In this document: in pieces, positions 9,285 through 18,501 of the stretch
Numbering within the stretch: position 1 is the stretch's first letter
How the letters are laid out: each line of letters opens with the position of its first letter
Assembly: GCA_964456945.1 (NCBI GenBank)
Contig: CAYWDA010000007.1
Span: 1 to 36,882, forward strand
DNA: 36,882 bases
Direction: 5' to 3'
Origin: an uncultured Syntrophomonadaceae bacterium
Lineage (GTDB): Bacteria; Bacillota; Dethiobacteria; DTU022
The notes under the pieces: model-generated
Told to the model about the DNA's origin: nothing
The model's input: only the letters and a program-made list of their open reading frames with translations
Database searches by the model: none
Program-made: the position numbers and the translations under genes

Positions 9285-10574
9285 ATGGGCAAAGAAAATG
9301 TAAAAATCGGACTGATTGGTATGGGTACTATAGGTGCAGGAGTCGTTGAGTTATTTAAACAAAATGGAAGTCGCATCAGTGAACAGATTGATATGAACCT
9401 GATTCTGGAGAAAGTTGCCGACCGTGATCTTTCCCGGGCGCAGGGTTTTGACCTTGCAGATGGAGTGATGACTACAGAAGCTTCAGAGGTGATTGATAAC
9501 CCTGAAATTGATATCGTTATTGAATTAATAGGCGGTGTCGAGCCAGCCCGCGGTTTTATTACCAGGGCACTTGAAAACGGAAAATACGTGGTTACTGCCA
9601 ATAAAGATTTAATGGCCACTTACGGTGGAGAGCTCTTTGCACTGGCCCGCAAGTATAACCGCAATATTTTTTACGAAGCCAGTGTGGGTGGTGGTATTCC
9701 GCTTATCCGCCCCCTAAAACAGAGTCTTGTTGCCGACCGACTGCATCGTATTATCGGTATTGTTAATGGAACCACCAATTATATCTTTACAAGAATGACG
9801 ACAGATAACCTCGACCTGAAGGAAGCCCTCACCGAAGCGCAGAAACTTGGCTTTGCCGAGCCGGATCCGACAAACGATATTGAGGGTCGCGATGCAGTTT
9901 ACAAGCTGGTTATTATGGCCGGTCTGGCTTTTGGCCAGAGCATTGCTCCTGATCAGGTCTATGTGCAGGGCATTTCCGGAGTATCCTTCCAGGATATTAC
10001 CTATGCCCGAGAACTGGGCTATGCCATTAAGCTGCTGGCGATTGGCGAAAAACTGCCCTCCGGAATTGCGCTAAGAGTTCACCCTGCACTGGTTTCACAT
10101 GTGCACCCACTGGCTTCTGTCCGTAACGAGTTCAATGCTATCTTTATTGAAGGCGAGGCGGTAGGAGATGTAATGCTTTATGGCCGGGGGGCGGGCGCAA
10201 AGCCAACCGCTACTGCAATACTTGCCGACGTGGCAGAAGCAGCTCGTTCTATTTGCCATCAAACCAATGGTGGTGTAATCGAAAAAATTGCGATGCAGTC
10301 TGTTCCTGTGCCGATTACAGAGCTAACCTCACGTTTTTACCTGCGTATTCTGGCCGATGACCGGCCCGGGGTTTTTGCTTCTCTGGGTAATGCTTTTGGT
10401 GAAGAACAGGTTAGCCTTGACATGGTTATTCAGAAGCGCCGTGTTGGTACAATGGCAGAAATAGTCCTGGTGACTCATGATGTAAAGGAAGACGCTTTTC
10501 AAAAGGCTTTTTCAAGGGTAATGCAAATTCCTGCGGTTAAACCGGAGCCGAGCATGATTCGCCTGCTGGGCTAG
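9285..10574 (+). CDS. hom: Homoserine dehydrogenase with C-terminal ACT domain
   Basis: The N-terminal NAD-binding stretch is KIGLIGMGTIGAGV. The central region matches VTANKDLMA ... FYEASVGGGIPLI ... IVNGTTNYI. The ACT-like tail reads RFYLRILADDRPGVFASLG. Confidence 0.9.
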   Translation: MGKENVKIGLIGMGTIGAGVVELFKQNGSRISEQIDMNLILEKVADRDLSRAQGFDLADGVMTTEASEVIDNPEIDIVIELIGGVEPARGFITRALENGKYVVTANKDLMATYGGELFALARKYNRNIFYEASVGGGIPLIRPLKQSLVADRLHRIIGIVNGTTNYIFTRMTTDNLDLKEALTEAQKLGFAEPDPTNDIEGRDAVYKLVIMAGLAFGQSIAPDQVYVQGISGVSFQDITYARELGYAIKLLAIGEKLPSGIALRVHPALVSHVHPLASVRNEFNAIFIEGEAVGDVMLYGRGAGAKPTATAILADVAEAARSICHQTNGGVIEKIAMQSVPVPITELTSRFYLRILADDRPGVFASLGNAFGEEQVSLDMVIQKRRVGTMAEIVLVTHDVKEDAFQKAFSRVMQIPAVKPEPSMIRLLG

Positions 10575-10617
10575 TTTCTGTTTTAGTAGAGCAGCTTGTT
10601 GAAAGAAGGCGTGATTT

Positions 10618-11805
10618 TTGGTGCAGTCATATTTTTCCGTTCGGCCGGCCTGGACGGAGATTAATTTAGATAACCTGACTAATAATATCAGGCAGATAAG
10701 ACAGTTAATTGGTCCAATGACCGGAATCATGGCTGTCGTAAAAGCAGACGGTTATGGTCACGGAGCGGTTGCTATTGCCAGAACAGCCCTGAAATCGGGG
10801 GCTTCGAGCCTGGCAGTCGCTTTTGTTGAAGAAGCCATAGATCTTCGCAGGGCTGGCATTGATGCCCCAATCTTTTTACTCGGCTATACCGACCCTGCCC
10901 AGTTTACAAGCCTTGTTGAGTATAGTCTTACCCCTACAGTCTTTAGCCTTGATACAGCTATAGAGCTTTCTAAAATGGCTGTGGAGCGTGGAGTCAGCCT
11001 GCCGTTGCACCTTAAGGTTGATACCGGAATGGGACGTGTCGGGTTACTGCCTGAAGAAGCGCTTGAAGTTGTTTCCCGTATTATTCGCCTGCCCGGTCTG
11101 CGTATCGAAGGGTTGCTGACACATTTTGCCTCAGCTGAAGCAGAAGATCACTCCTATACAGATGGGCAGCTGCTCTTATTTAATAGAATAGTTGATCGCT
11201 GTCGCGAGAAGGGAATCAGCTTTCCAACAATTCACGCTGCCAATAGTGCCGCAGCGATTAAAACCCCCGTTGCCCGCTACAACATGATTCGTCTTGGCAT
11301 TGCCCTCTATGGCTGTTACCCTTCCCCTGAACTGAAAAAGTCCGGGCTGGAACTACTGCCGCTGCTAACTTTCAAAAGCAAAATTGTGATGGTTAAAGTA
11401 GTCCCTCCGGGAAGTTCTATCAGCTATGGCTGTACTTATCGCACTGAAAATGAAGCCTTAATAGCCACAATTCCGGTTGGTTATGCCGACGGTTACAGCC
11501 GACTTTTGTCGAATAAAGGCAAGGTATTGATTCGTGGACAGAGAGTGCCGGTGGTCGGGAGTATATGCATGGATCATTTTATGGTCGATGTCAGCAAAAT
11601 ACCCGGTGTGCGTCGCGGTGACGAGGTCGTGCTTTACGGGCACCAGGGCGCAGAAAAAATCATGGTAGAAGAAGTGGCTGGTTTGATCGGGATGACCCAT
11701 TATGAACTGCTTTGTGCTGTTGACAAGAGAGTGCCTCGCTTCTATTTCAGCGAAGGGCGCCTTTCATCAGTTCACGATTTTTTAGGCGATCTTGTCATCG
11801 ATTAA
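10618..11805 (+). CDS. alr: Alanine racemase
   Basis: The PLP-lysine motif is AVVKADGYGHGA. Other matches are HLKVDTGMGRVG and PVGYADGY (catalytic Tyr region). The length is 395 aa. The start is TTG 10618 or GTG 10621, after AGAAGG. Confidence 0.93.
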   Translation: MVQSYFSVRPAWTEINLDNLTNNIRQIRQLIGPMTGIMAVVKADGYGHGAVAIARTALKSGASSLAVAFVEEAIDLRRAGIDAPIFLLGYTDPAQFTSLVEYSLTPTVFSLDTAIELSKMAVERGVSLPLHLKVDTGMGRVGLLPEEALEVVSRIIRLPGLRIEGLLTHFASAEAEDHSYTDGQLLLFNRIVDRCREKGISFPTIHAANSAAAIKTPVARYNMIRLGIALYGCYPSPELKKSGLELLPLLTFKSKIVMVKVVPPGSSISYGCTYRTENEALIATIPVGYADGYSRLLSNKGKVLIRGQRVPVVGSICMDHFMVDVSKIPGVRRGDEVVLYGHQGAEKIMVEEVAGLIGMTHYELLCAVDKRVPRFYFSEGRLSSVHDFLGDLVID

Positions 11806-12922
11806 ACCAGAGCTTATTTGCCATCAGCTCAGCCATTAATGGAGGCAGCGAGGCAGGAAGGGCAATTGAACGAGCGTGCATCATAAAGGCACCGGCCAGG
11901 GATACGGCGAAATTACTGCGAAAATGGCTATTATATAAACTCTGGTAGATTGCAGCGACATCTGTTTGTTTTTCACGGGCTGCAATCAATGCCTCAATAG
12001 CTATGATGGCGCTTTTAAAAGAGTTGTAGATGCCTTCGCCGGAAAATGGCTCAATTAACCCGGCGGCATCCCCGACCAGCATTAAGTTTCCTGAAGCCGC
12101 CTTACTTAAAGGACCAAGAAAGGGCAGCGGCCAGTATAAAGGGTTTTGGTTTACAGCTGCGGCGTGAAAAAGTTTATGATAGGCTCGAAGTAACCGCCGG
12201 CGCCCTGCCAGCCCACCGACTCCCTGGTTGACCCAGCAATCCGGTCCGCTAAAAGCCCAGCCCATCCCTCCCAGGAGGGGCAGGGGATAAAATTTTAAGG
12301 TTCCCGGCTCGGCCACCTCCGCCTCGCATTGAACAAACCGTGTCAACCCCCATCCACGGAGCAGCGTATGCTTACTTCTTAGTTCATCAGGCAGAGAACA
12401 GCGTCCGGCTGCACCATCTGCGGCGATTACAAAACGTGATAAAAGATGGTTTCTATAATTGCCCGCATCTTCCAGCGAATAAAGATAGTCACCGGTCTTT
12501 CCGACACCTGTTTTTACTACTCTTGCTACCGGCCAATTTTCTATTAACTCTGACCCTTTCTCGCAGGCATAACGGGTCAGGCAACCGTCAAAATCTTTCC
12601 GTTTAATAACTACTCCTAGCCGACACTTGCTGTTGTAACGGTAGGCGGTTTTACCCTTAATAATGGCGATTTTGTTAATCACCTCAGCTTCCAGGCTCTT
12701 CAGTTCAAAATCTGACGGCAGAAAAGTTAGGGCTCGCTCCGAAATAAAGCCCCCGCAGATTTTTTGGCGGGGCAGCGTTTTTTGCTCAACGATCACTGTT
12801 GAAAAACCGGCATCAGCAGCCAGAGCAGCTGCTAAAGCCCCAGCCGGTCCTGCCCCGATCACAGCGAGGTCGAAAAATTTTCTACCGTAACCTTTTTTGA
12901 ATACATTCACCTTAATCGTCAT
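11795..12922 (-). CDS. Geranylgeranyl reductase family FAD-dependent oxidoreductase
   Basis: The N-terminal dinucleotide fold is DLAVIGAGPAGALAAALAADAG. A conserved CGG motif (QKICGGFIS) and LVGDAAGLIEPFSGEGI are present. The 3' end overlaps the alr 3' end by 11 nt (convergent). Confidence 0.72.
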   Translation of the reverse strand: MTIKVNVFKKGYGRKFFDLAVIGAGPAGALAAALAADAGFSTVIVEQKTLPRQKICGGFISERALTFLPSDFELKSLEAEVINKIAIIKGKTAYRYNSKCRLGVVIKRKDFDGCLTRYACEKGSELIENWPVARVVKTGVGKTGDYLYSLEDAGNYRNHLLSRFVIAADGAAGRCSLPDELRSKHTLLRGWGLTRFVQCEAEVAEPGTLKFYPLPLLGGMGWAFSGPDCWVNQGVGGLAGRRRLLRAYHKLFHAAAVNQNPLYWPLPFLGPLSKAASGNLMLVGDAAGLIEPFSGEGIYNSFKSAIIAIEALIAAREKQTDVAAIYQSLYNSHFRSNFAVSLAGAFMMHARSIALPASLPPLMAELMANKLWFNR

Positions 12923-13099
12923 CCCGTTTATCTGATTTGTTTTAATGCAATTATTTTCTTTGTTGGCTGTTTCGCTGACAGTCTCTAAGCGAAGCAGCAG
13001 CCCGGCACCTTTTCCTATTTCTTTTTTCCTTTTATATCTCCTGCCTGGGGGTTCTGTTACTCTTTAACCCATCTGTTGCTTTTTAATTGCCGGTCAGTC

Positions 13100-13128
13100 T
13101 TGACTCGATCATCAGTATAGATTAAAAT
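13100..13128 (+). promoter_or_regulatory. Sigma-A-type promoter driving the gatCAB leader
   Basis: TTGACT (13100-13105) is separated by 17 nt from TAAAAT (13123-13128). Confidence 0.6.
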
Positions 13129-13237
13129 TGTCCTGTGAAGCTTATAGTGGCAGAAAAAATCAGAACGGAGACACTGTGTTTAAGAACAGGTCTGAAAAAT
13201 AAACCTGCTGTTTTTTTACAGGTACCTTCAAACACTT

Positions 13238-13270
13238 AAGACCGGCTGAGGAAGCCGGTTTATTCTTTTT
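13238..13270 (+). terminator. Intrinsic terminator / attenuator hairpin inside the gatCAB leader
   Basis: ACCGGCT (13241-13247) pairs with AGCCGGT (13253-13259) around loop GAGGA, extendable by G-U and A-U pairs. The tail is TTATTCTTTTT (13260-13270). It ends 30 nt before the gatC ATG. Confidence 0.7.
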
Positions 13271-13300
13271 GCGCCTAGTGGTAGGACAGGGAGGTTTAAA

Positions 13301-13609
13301 ATGGCAATTGATTTTAGCAGAGAAGTAGATTATGTGGCCCGCCTGGCTCGCCTTACGCTCAGCCCGGAAGAAAAAGTGAAGATGGCCGGGCAATTGAGCA
13401 GCATTCTTGATATCGCCCGCAGTGTGCAGGAGCTAAATACCAAAAGTGTCGAACCGACGTCGCATATTATTTCAATGCCTGCTGTTTTGCGTGACGATCT
13501 GACCAGGCCTTCTCTCGCCAGGGAAAAGGCTCTGCAAAATGCTCCCCGGCGTAAGGAAGACTATTTCCGCGTTCCGAGCATTACTTCTGACGGGCAGGCT
13601 GATCTTTAA
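13301..13609 (+). CDS. gatC: Asp/Glu-tRNA(Asn/Gln) amidotransferase subunit C
   Basis: The GatC signature is EVDYVARLARLTLSPEEKVKMAGQLSSILD...VEPTSH. The length is 102 aa, SD GGGAGG is present, and gatA and gatB follow. Confidence 0.93.
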   Translation: MAIDFSREVDYVARLARLTLSPEEKVKMAGQLSSILDIARSVQELNTKSVEPTSHIISMPAVLRDDLTRPSLAREKALQNAPRRKEDYFRVPSITSDGQADL

Positions 13610-13660
13610 AGCCCGATCAACTTACCGGGTTAATAAACCTGCCAGAAACAGGGGGAAAAA

Positions 13661-15142
13661 ATGAATCTATATGAACTTAGCGCAGCTGAATTAAGCGTCC
13701 TGCTGCAGAGTAAAGAGGTCGGGGCAGTTGAAGTTGCTGAAAGTTTTATCGGGCGAATCGAATCGGTTGACCCGTTCCTTAAAGCTTTTATCAGCCACAC
13801 ACCGGATCTGGCTCTTGAGACAGCGCACACCGTAGACAAAAAAAGAATGCAAGGCACAGAACTGCACCCTCTGGCCGGTATACCGGTTGCGGTTAAGGAT
13901 AATATGTGCACCGATGGGTTGCGCACAACCTGTGCTTCACGAATCCTTGAAAATTTTATTCCTCCCTACGATGCTACTGTTGTGCTGAGGTTAAAACAAA
14001 TTGGTATGCCACTGCTTGGAAAAACTAATATGGATGAGTTCGCTATGGGCTCATCTACTGAAAACTCGGCTTTTTTTACAACCCGAAACCCATGGGACCC
14101 GAGCAGGGTCCCCGGCGGTTCCAGTGGTGGGTCTGCTGTTGCTGTGGCGGCAGGGATGGCTCCCCTGGCCCTCGGCTCCGATACAGGTGGCTCCATTCGC
14201 CAGCCCGCATCATTTTGCGGCCTGATTGGCCTGCGCCCGACTTACGGCCGTGTATCGCGCTATGGTCTGATCGCTTTTGCCTCCTCGCTCGATCAGATTG
14301 GACCCTTTGCACTGACCGCTCGTGACGGCGCGATGCTGCTTTCGGTTATCGCCGGTTATGACCCCCTTGATTCAACTTCGCTTTCCGAAGACGTTCCTGA
14401 TTACACTGCCGGTTTCGAAAATGATATACGTAAACTGCGGGTAGGGGTGATTAGCCAGGGCTATAAAGATGCCTTTGATCCTGAAATTAATGCTGCTGTT
14501 TTAAAAATGGTAGCCTTGTTGAAAGAAAATGGCGCAGAGGTAGGTGAGGTTACGCTGCCGCGCTCTGACTATGGACTGGCCGCCTATTACCTGATTGCTC
14601 CGTCTGAGGCGAGCTCAAACCTGGGCCGTTATGATGGTGTGCGTTATGGGCACAATGCCGGTGGCGACAATATCGAAGAGATGTTTAGCAAAACCCGGGG
14701 TGAAGGCTTTGGCGCTGAAGTCAAACGCAGAATTATGATTGGAACCTATGCTTTAAGCGCTGGTTACTATGATGCTTATTACCTTCAGGCCATGAAGATA
14801 CGTACACTTATCCGCCGTGATTACGAAGAGGCCTTTGAAAACTTTGATCTGTTGATCGGAGCAACTACGCCGACCGCTGCCTTTAAGATCGGAGAAAAGA
14901 CCGATGACCCTTTGCAGATGTACCTGTCAGACATCTGTAATATCACTGATGCGCTGGCCGGGCTTCCATCGATTTCTCTTCCCTGTGGGCTGCATTCCAA
15001 TGGGCTGCCACTTGGCGTTCAGTTGACGGCATCTCCGTTCCGTGAAGGGTTACTTTTTAGCACAACTAATTTCCTCGAACAGAGGCGGGAACCTCTGCCG
15101 CGACGGCCCCTGATAGAACTTTCCAAAGGAGGCCTGGTCTAA
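13661..15142 (+). CDS. gatA: Asp/Glu-tRNA(Asn/Gln) amidotransferase subunit A
   Basis: Amidase signature motifs are present: GIPVAVKDNM, GGSSGGSAVAVAAG, GSDTGGSIRQPASFCG. Confidence 0.95.
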   Translation: MNLYELSAAELSVLLQSKEVGAVEVAESFIGRIESVDPFLKAFISHTPDLALETAHTVDKKRMQGTELHPLAGIPVAVKDNMCTDGLRTTCASRILENFIPPYDATVVLRLKQIGMPLLGKTNMDEFAMGSSTENSAFFTTRNPWDPSRVPGGSSGGSAVAVAAGMAPLALGSDTGGSIRQPASFCGLIGLRPTYGRVSRYGLIAFASSLDQIGPFALTARDGAMLLSVIAGYDPLDSTSLSEDVPDYTAGFENDIRKLRVGVISQGYKDAFDPEINAAVLKMVALLKENGAEVGEVTLPRSDYGLAAYYLIAPSEASSNLGRYDGVRYGHNAGGDNIEEMFSKTRGEGFGAEVKRRIMIGTYALSAGYYDAYYLQAMKIRTLIRRDYEEAFENFDLLIGATTPTAAFKIGEKTDDPLQMYLSDICNITDALAGLPSISLPCGLHSNGLPLGVQLTASPFREGLLFSTTNFLEQRREPLPRRPLIELSKGGLV

Positions 15143-15144
15143 AG

Positions 15145-16578
15145 ATGCAATATGAAGTTGTGATCGGACTGGAAATTCATTTAGAGTTACAGACTAAATC
15201 TAAGCTATTTTGCGGGTGCAGCACCTCGTTTGGCAGAGCGCCGAATGTAAACTGCTGCCCTGTTTGCCTTGGTCTGCCCGGAACGCTGCCCGTCTTTAAC
15301 CGCCGGGCGATAGAACTGGCCGTGGCAGCCGCTCTGTCCCTGAATAGCAACGTTCAGGGCAAAAGCCGATTCGATCGCAAAAACTATTTCTACCCCGATC
15401 TGCCCAAGGCGTACCAAATCTCACAGTATGATCAACCGTTGGCACAGGGCGGCTATCTCGAGGTGGAAGTTGACGGTGAGAACCGGAAAATAGAACTGGA
15501 AAGAGTTCACCTTGAAGAAGAAGCCGGTAAGCTGATCCATTCCGGTGATTCGATCTTCGAATCTGATTATTCACTGGTTGATTATAACCGGGCCGGTATT
15601 CCCCTGCTTGAAATAGTTACCAGGCCTGCTATCCGTTCCGGCCGTGAGGCGCGTTTGTTCCTTGAAGATCTACGCTCCCTGCTGCTCTATTCCGGAGCAT
15701 CGGATTGTAAGATGGAAGAAGGTTCGCTGCGCTGTGATGCCAATATCTCCCTTCGCCCCTTAGGGTCAACCGCATTGGGCACCAAAGCAGAAGTTAAAAA
15801 CATGAATTCGTTCCGGGCTGTAGAACTGGCTCTAAACTTTGAAAGTAAAAGGCAGGAAGCAGTACTCTCATCTGGTGGAAAGATAATCCAGGAGACCTGC
15901 CACTGGGATGAAGAGAAGAAGGAAACCGTGCCTCTGCGCGGTAAAGAAGGGTCTTCCGATTATCGTTACTTCCCTGAGCCGGATTTACTTCCCTTGATCC
16001 TCGATAAAGCATTTATCACTGAAATTGCCGCTTCCCTGCCTGAAATGCCTCTGCAGCGTCGTAGGCGAATGGTTAAAGAATATGGTCTGGAAAGCAAGGA
16101 TGCTCTTCTGCTAACTGAAAATCGTGCTAGCGGAGACTTCTTTGAAGCTGCAGCGCGGGAATATGGCAACTACAGTAATTTAGCTAAATGGGTGCAGGGT
16201 GACCTGCTTTTCCAGCTTCGCGAAAGCGGAAAATCGGCAGAACAGGTGGAACCAGGGCTTTTAGTTGAACTGCTGACACTTCTCGATAAGGGCGAAGTAA
16301 ACCGGCCGGTAGCCAAAGAACTGCTTGCTGAACTGGTCAGGGTCGGTAAAAGCCCGCGTGAAATGCTGCAGGAAAAGGGACTGGGTCGTATTTCCGGTCG
16401 CCAACAACTGCTGCCCCTGGTTGAAAAGGCTATCGCCGAAAACCCTGATGCGGTTGAAAATTATCGTCAGGGTAAGGAAAAAGCCCTCAAGTTTCTTGTC
16501 GGTAAAATAATGTCTTATACCGGTGGAAGAGCTGATCCGCAGGAGTTAAACTTGCTGATTATAGAAAAATTGGCTTAA
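15145..16578 (+). CDS. gatB: Asp/Glu-tRNA(Asn/Gln) amidotransferase subunit B
   Basis: The protein starts YEVVIGLEIHLELQTKSKLFCGC and includes NVNCCPVCLGLPGTLPV and DRKNYFYPDLPKAYQISQ. It begins 2 nt after the gatA stop. Confidence 0.95.
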   Translation: MQYEVVIGLEIHLELQTKSKLFCGCSTSFGRAPNVNCCPVCLGLPGTLPVFNRRAIELAVAAALSLNSNVQGKSRFDRKNYFYPDLPKAYQISQYDQPLAQGGYLEVEVDGENRKIELERVHLEEEAGKLIHSGDSIFESDYSLVDYNRAGIPLLEIVTRPAIRSGREARLFLEDLRSLLLYSGASDCKMEEGSLRCDANISLRPLGSTALGTKAEVKNMNSFRAVELALNFESKRQEAVLSSGGKIIQETCHWDEEKKETVPLRGKEGSSDYRYFPEPDLLPLILDKAFITEIAASLPEMPLQRRRRMVKEYGLESKDALLLTENRASGDFFEAAAREYGNYSNLAKWVQGDLLFQLRESGKSAEQVEPGLLVELLTLLDKGEVNRPVAKELLAELVRVGKSPREMLQEKGLGRISGRQQLLPLVEKAIAENPDAVENYRQGKEKALKFLVGKIMSYTGGRADPQELNLLIIEKLA

Positions 16579-16596
16579 AGACAGGCGGTGTATTTG

Positions 16597-17904
16597 ATGA
16601 ATAAAGCGCGAAGTCTGGTTGTGGTTGGAGCCCAGTGGGGCGATGAAGGAAAGGGTAAGGTGATTGATCACCTTGCTGCTGAAGCTGACGTTGTAGCCCG
16701 CTTTCAAGGCGGTGATAATGCTGGTCATACCGTAGTCTACGGGGCAAATGTTTTCAAACTGCACCATGTGCCTTCAGGTATTCTTAATCCCGGAACCCTA
16801 TGCCTGCTCGGTAATGGAATGGTAGTTAATCCGCTGGTGCTGATCAAAGAATTGACAGAGCTTGAGAAACGCGGAATTGATACGGCAGGATTACGCATCA
16901 GCGGTAAGGCGCATCTGATAATGGCCTATCACAGGGTAATTGATGAAGCTAACGAAGAGTTACTTGGTGCAAAGAAAATCGGAACCACGGGGCGTGGTAT
17001 TGGGCCGGCTTATGCCGACAAAGCCCTGCGCCGCGGTATGCGTGCCTACGACCTGATCAGCAGTGAACGTTTTATTGAAAGACTGGCGGAAACGCTGCCC
17101 CTGCAGAATCGTTTTTTAAGAGAAATTTACGGCCACCCCGGTTATGAACTTGAAGAACTGGCTGAACTTTACCAGCCTGCTATTAGAAAACTTGGGCCAC
17201 TGATTACTGATGTAGCCTTACTGCTTGATGATCAAATCTCTGCTGGTAGTAAAATCCTATTTGAGGGAGCCCAGGGGGCGCTGCTCGATATCGACCATGG
17301 CACATACCCTTTTGTCACCTCTTCATCCACAGTGGCGGCAGCTGCTGCGTCAGGTACCGGGGTTGGGCCGCTTAAATTGCAGCATGTTCTGGGTGTAATC
17401 AAAGCTTATACGACGCGAGTCGGTGAAGGTCCGTTTCCCTCAGAAGATCTGTCGGGCGCGGGTGAACTTTTAAGGCAGCGAGGCAATGAATTTGGCACCA
17501 CGACCGGACGGCCCCGCCGCTGTGGCTGGTTTGATGCTGTAATTGCTCGCTACGCTGCTCGCATTAATGGTTTGACCGGCCTGGCGGTTACCAAACTTGA
17601 TGTACTCAGTGGCATGGAAGTGATTAACCTGGCTGTTTCTTACATGTGCCATGGAAATGAGACCGCTAATTTTCCGGCGAGCATCGAAGAACTCGAGGCC
17701 TGCAAGCCGGTCTACGAATCGTTTCCGGGTTGGGACGAAGACCTCTCAAAAGTTCGCAGGTTGGAAGACCTTCCGGCGGCAGCACGGCATTTCTTAAATG
17801 CTATCGAAGAGGCTGTTGGAGTTAAGGTAGAGTTGGTATCGGTCGGCCCTGATCGGTCCCAGACAATCATCTGCCCTGGCTCACAACTTGCTGGCTGGGC
17901 TTAA
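16597..17904 (+). CDS. purA: Adenylosuccinate synthetase
   Basis: Matches include VVVGAQWGDEGKGKVID, GGDNAGHTV, IGTTGRGIGPAY and TTGRPRRCGW. ATG 16597 is preferred over the ORF-track GTG 16588. Confidence 0.95.
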   Translation: MNKARSLVVVGAQWGDEGKGKVIDHLAAEADVVARFQGGDNAGHTVVYGANVFKLHHVPSGILNPGTLCLLGNGMVVNPLVLIKELTELEKRGIDTAGLRISGKAHLIMAYHRVIDEANEELLGAKKIGTTGRGIGPAYADKALRRGMRAYDLISSERFIERLAETLPLQNRFLREIYGHPGYELEELAELYQPAIRKLGPLITDVALLLDDQISAGSKILFEGAQGALLDIDHGTYPFVTSSSTVAAAAASGTGVGPLKLQHVLGVIKAYTTRVGEGPFPSEDLSGAGELLRQRGNEFGTTTGRPRRCGWFDAVIARYAARINGLTGLAVTKLDVLSGMEVINLAVSYMCHGNETANFPASIEELEACKPVYESFPGWDEDLSKVRRLEDLPAAARHFLNAIEEAVGVKVELVSVGPDRSQTIICPGSQLAGWA

Positions 17905-18000
17905 TCTTTAATATAAAGTTGTTAGAAAGAAGGATAATCGGTTGCGATAGTCGAATTAATATGCTCAATTCTAAAAATTTCATTTATGGAGGGATACCCA

Positions 18001-18501
18001 TTGCATAGTATTCGGGTGGCAGCAAAAATCATTATCGGCTTTCTCTTTTCTATGACGATTTTAATGACCTTTCTGGTTACCTCATTATTCGGGGTGAAAG
18101 CAGAGGATACTGTGCGCATTATAGTCACTGAAGCTACAGGGCTGCAGCGTGAAATGGTCATCTTTTATGCCGATCTTCAGCCGATGATCTTTCATGGTGT
18201 TTTCTGGCTCTGTCTGGCAACTTTTGGTTTTATGCTCATCTTTCTCTACTTTATAGATCATAGTTTCAGCGGCTTCATTGCCCCGGGTATGCTTTGCCTG
18301 GTAATCACAATTTTCCTGGTGGTTATGCTTGCTGTATCAAAAGACCATCTTTTCCTTTTTACCGGTCCGGCAACAGATCTATATATTCAAAGCGCCCTTG
18401 ATCGCTTTAGCCAGTCGGCTTACGGCATGACTGCCTTCGGCCTGGTCTTACTGGCCGCTTCGCAATGGGGTGATCGTCTTTTTAAAAAGAATCCAAAATA
18501 A
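18001..18501 (+). CDS. Small integral membrane protein, unknown function
   Basis: About four hydrophobic helices are visible (IIIGFLFSMTILMTFLVTSLF, VFWLCLATFGFMLIFLYFI, MLCLVITIFLVVMLAV, AFGLVLLAA). TTG 18001 lies 7 nt after GGAGGG. The ORF-track ATG 17986 overlaps that SD. Confidence 0.5.
   Translation: MHSIRVAAKIIIGFLFSMTILMTFLVTSLFGVKAEDTVRIIVTEATGLQREMVIFYADLQPMIFHGVFWLCLATFGFMLIFLYFIDHSFSGFIAPGMLCLVITIFLVVMLAVSKDHLFLFTGPATDLYIQSALDRFSQSAYGMTAFGLVLLAASQWGDRLFKKNPK

Noticed and set aside
13136-13300. A T-box riboswitch as the explanation for the gatCAB leader.
   Set aside because: The leader is short (about 165 nt). I could not find the conserved T-box sequence (only a GGTACC fragment at 13221-13226), an AG-bay/GA K-turn, or a plausible specifier loop. 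It is left as unclassified and needs a covariance-model scan.
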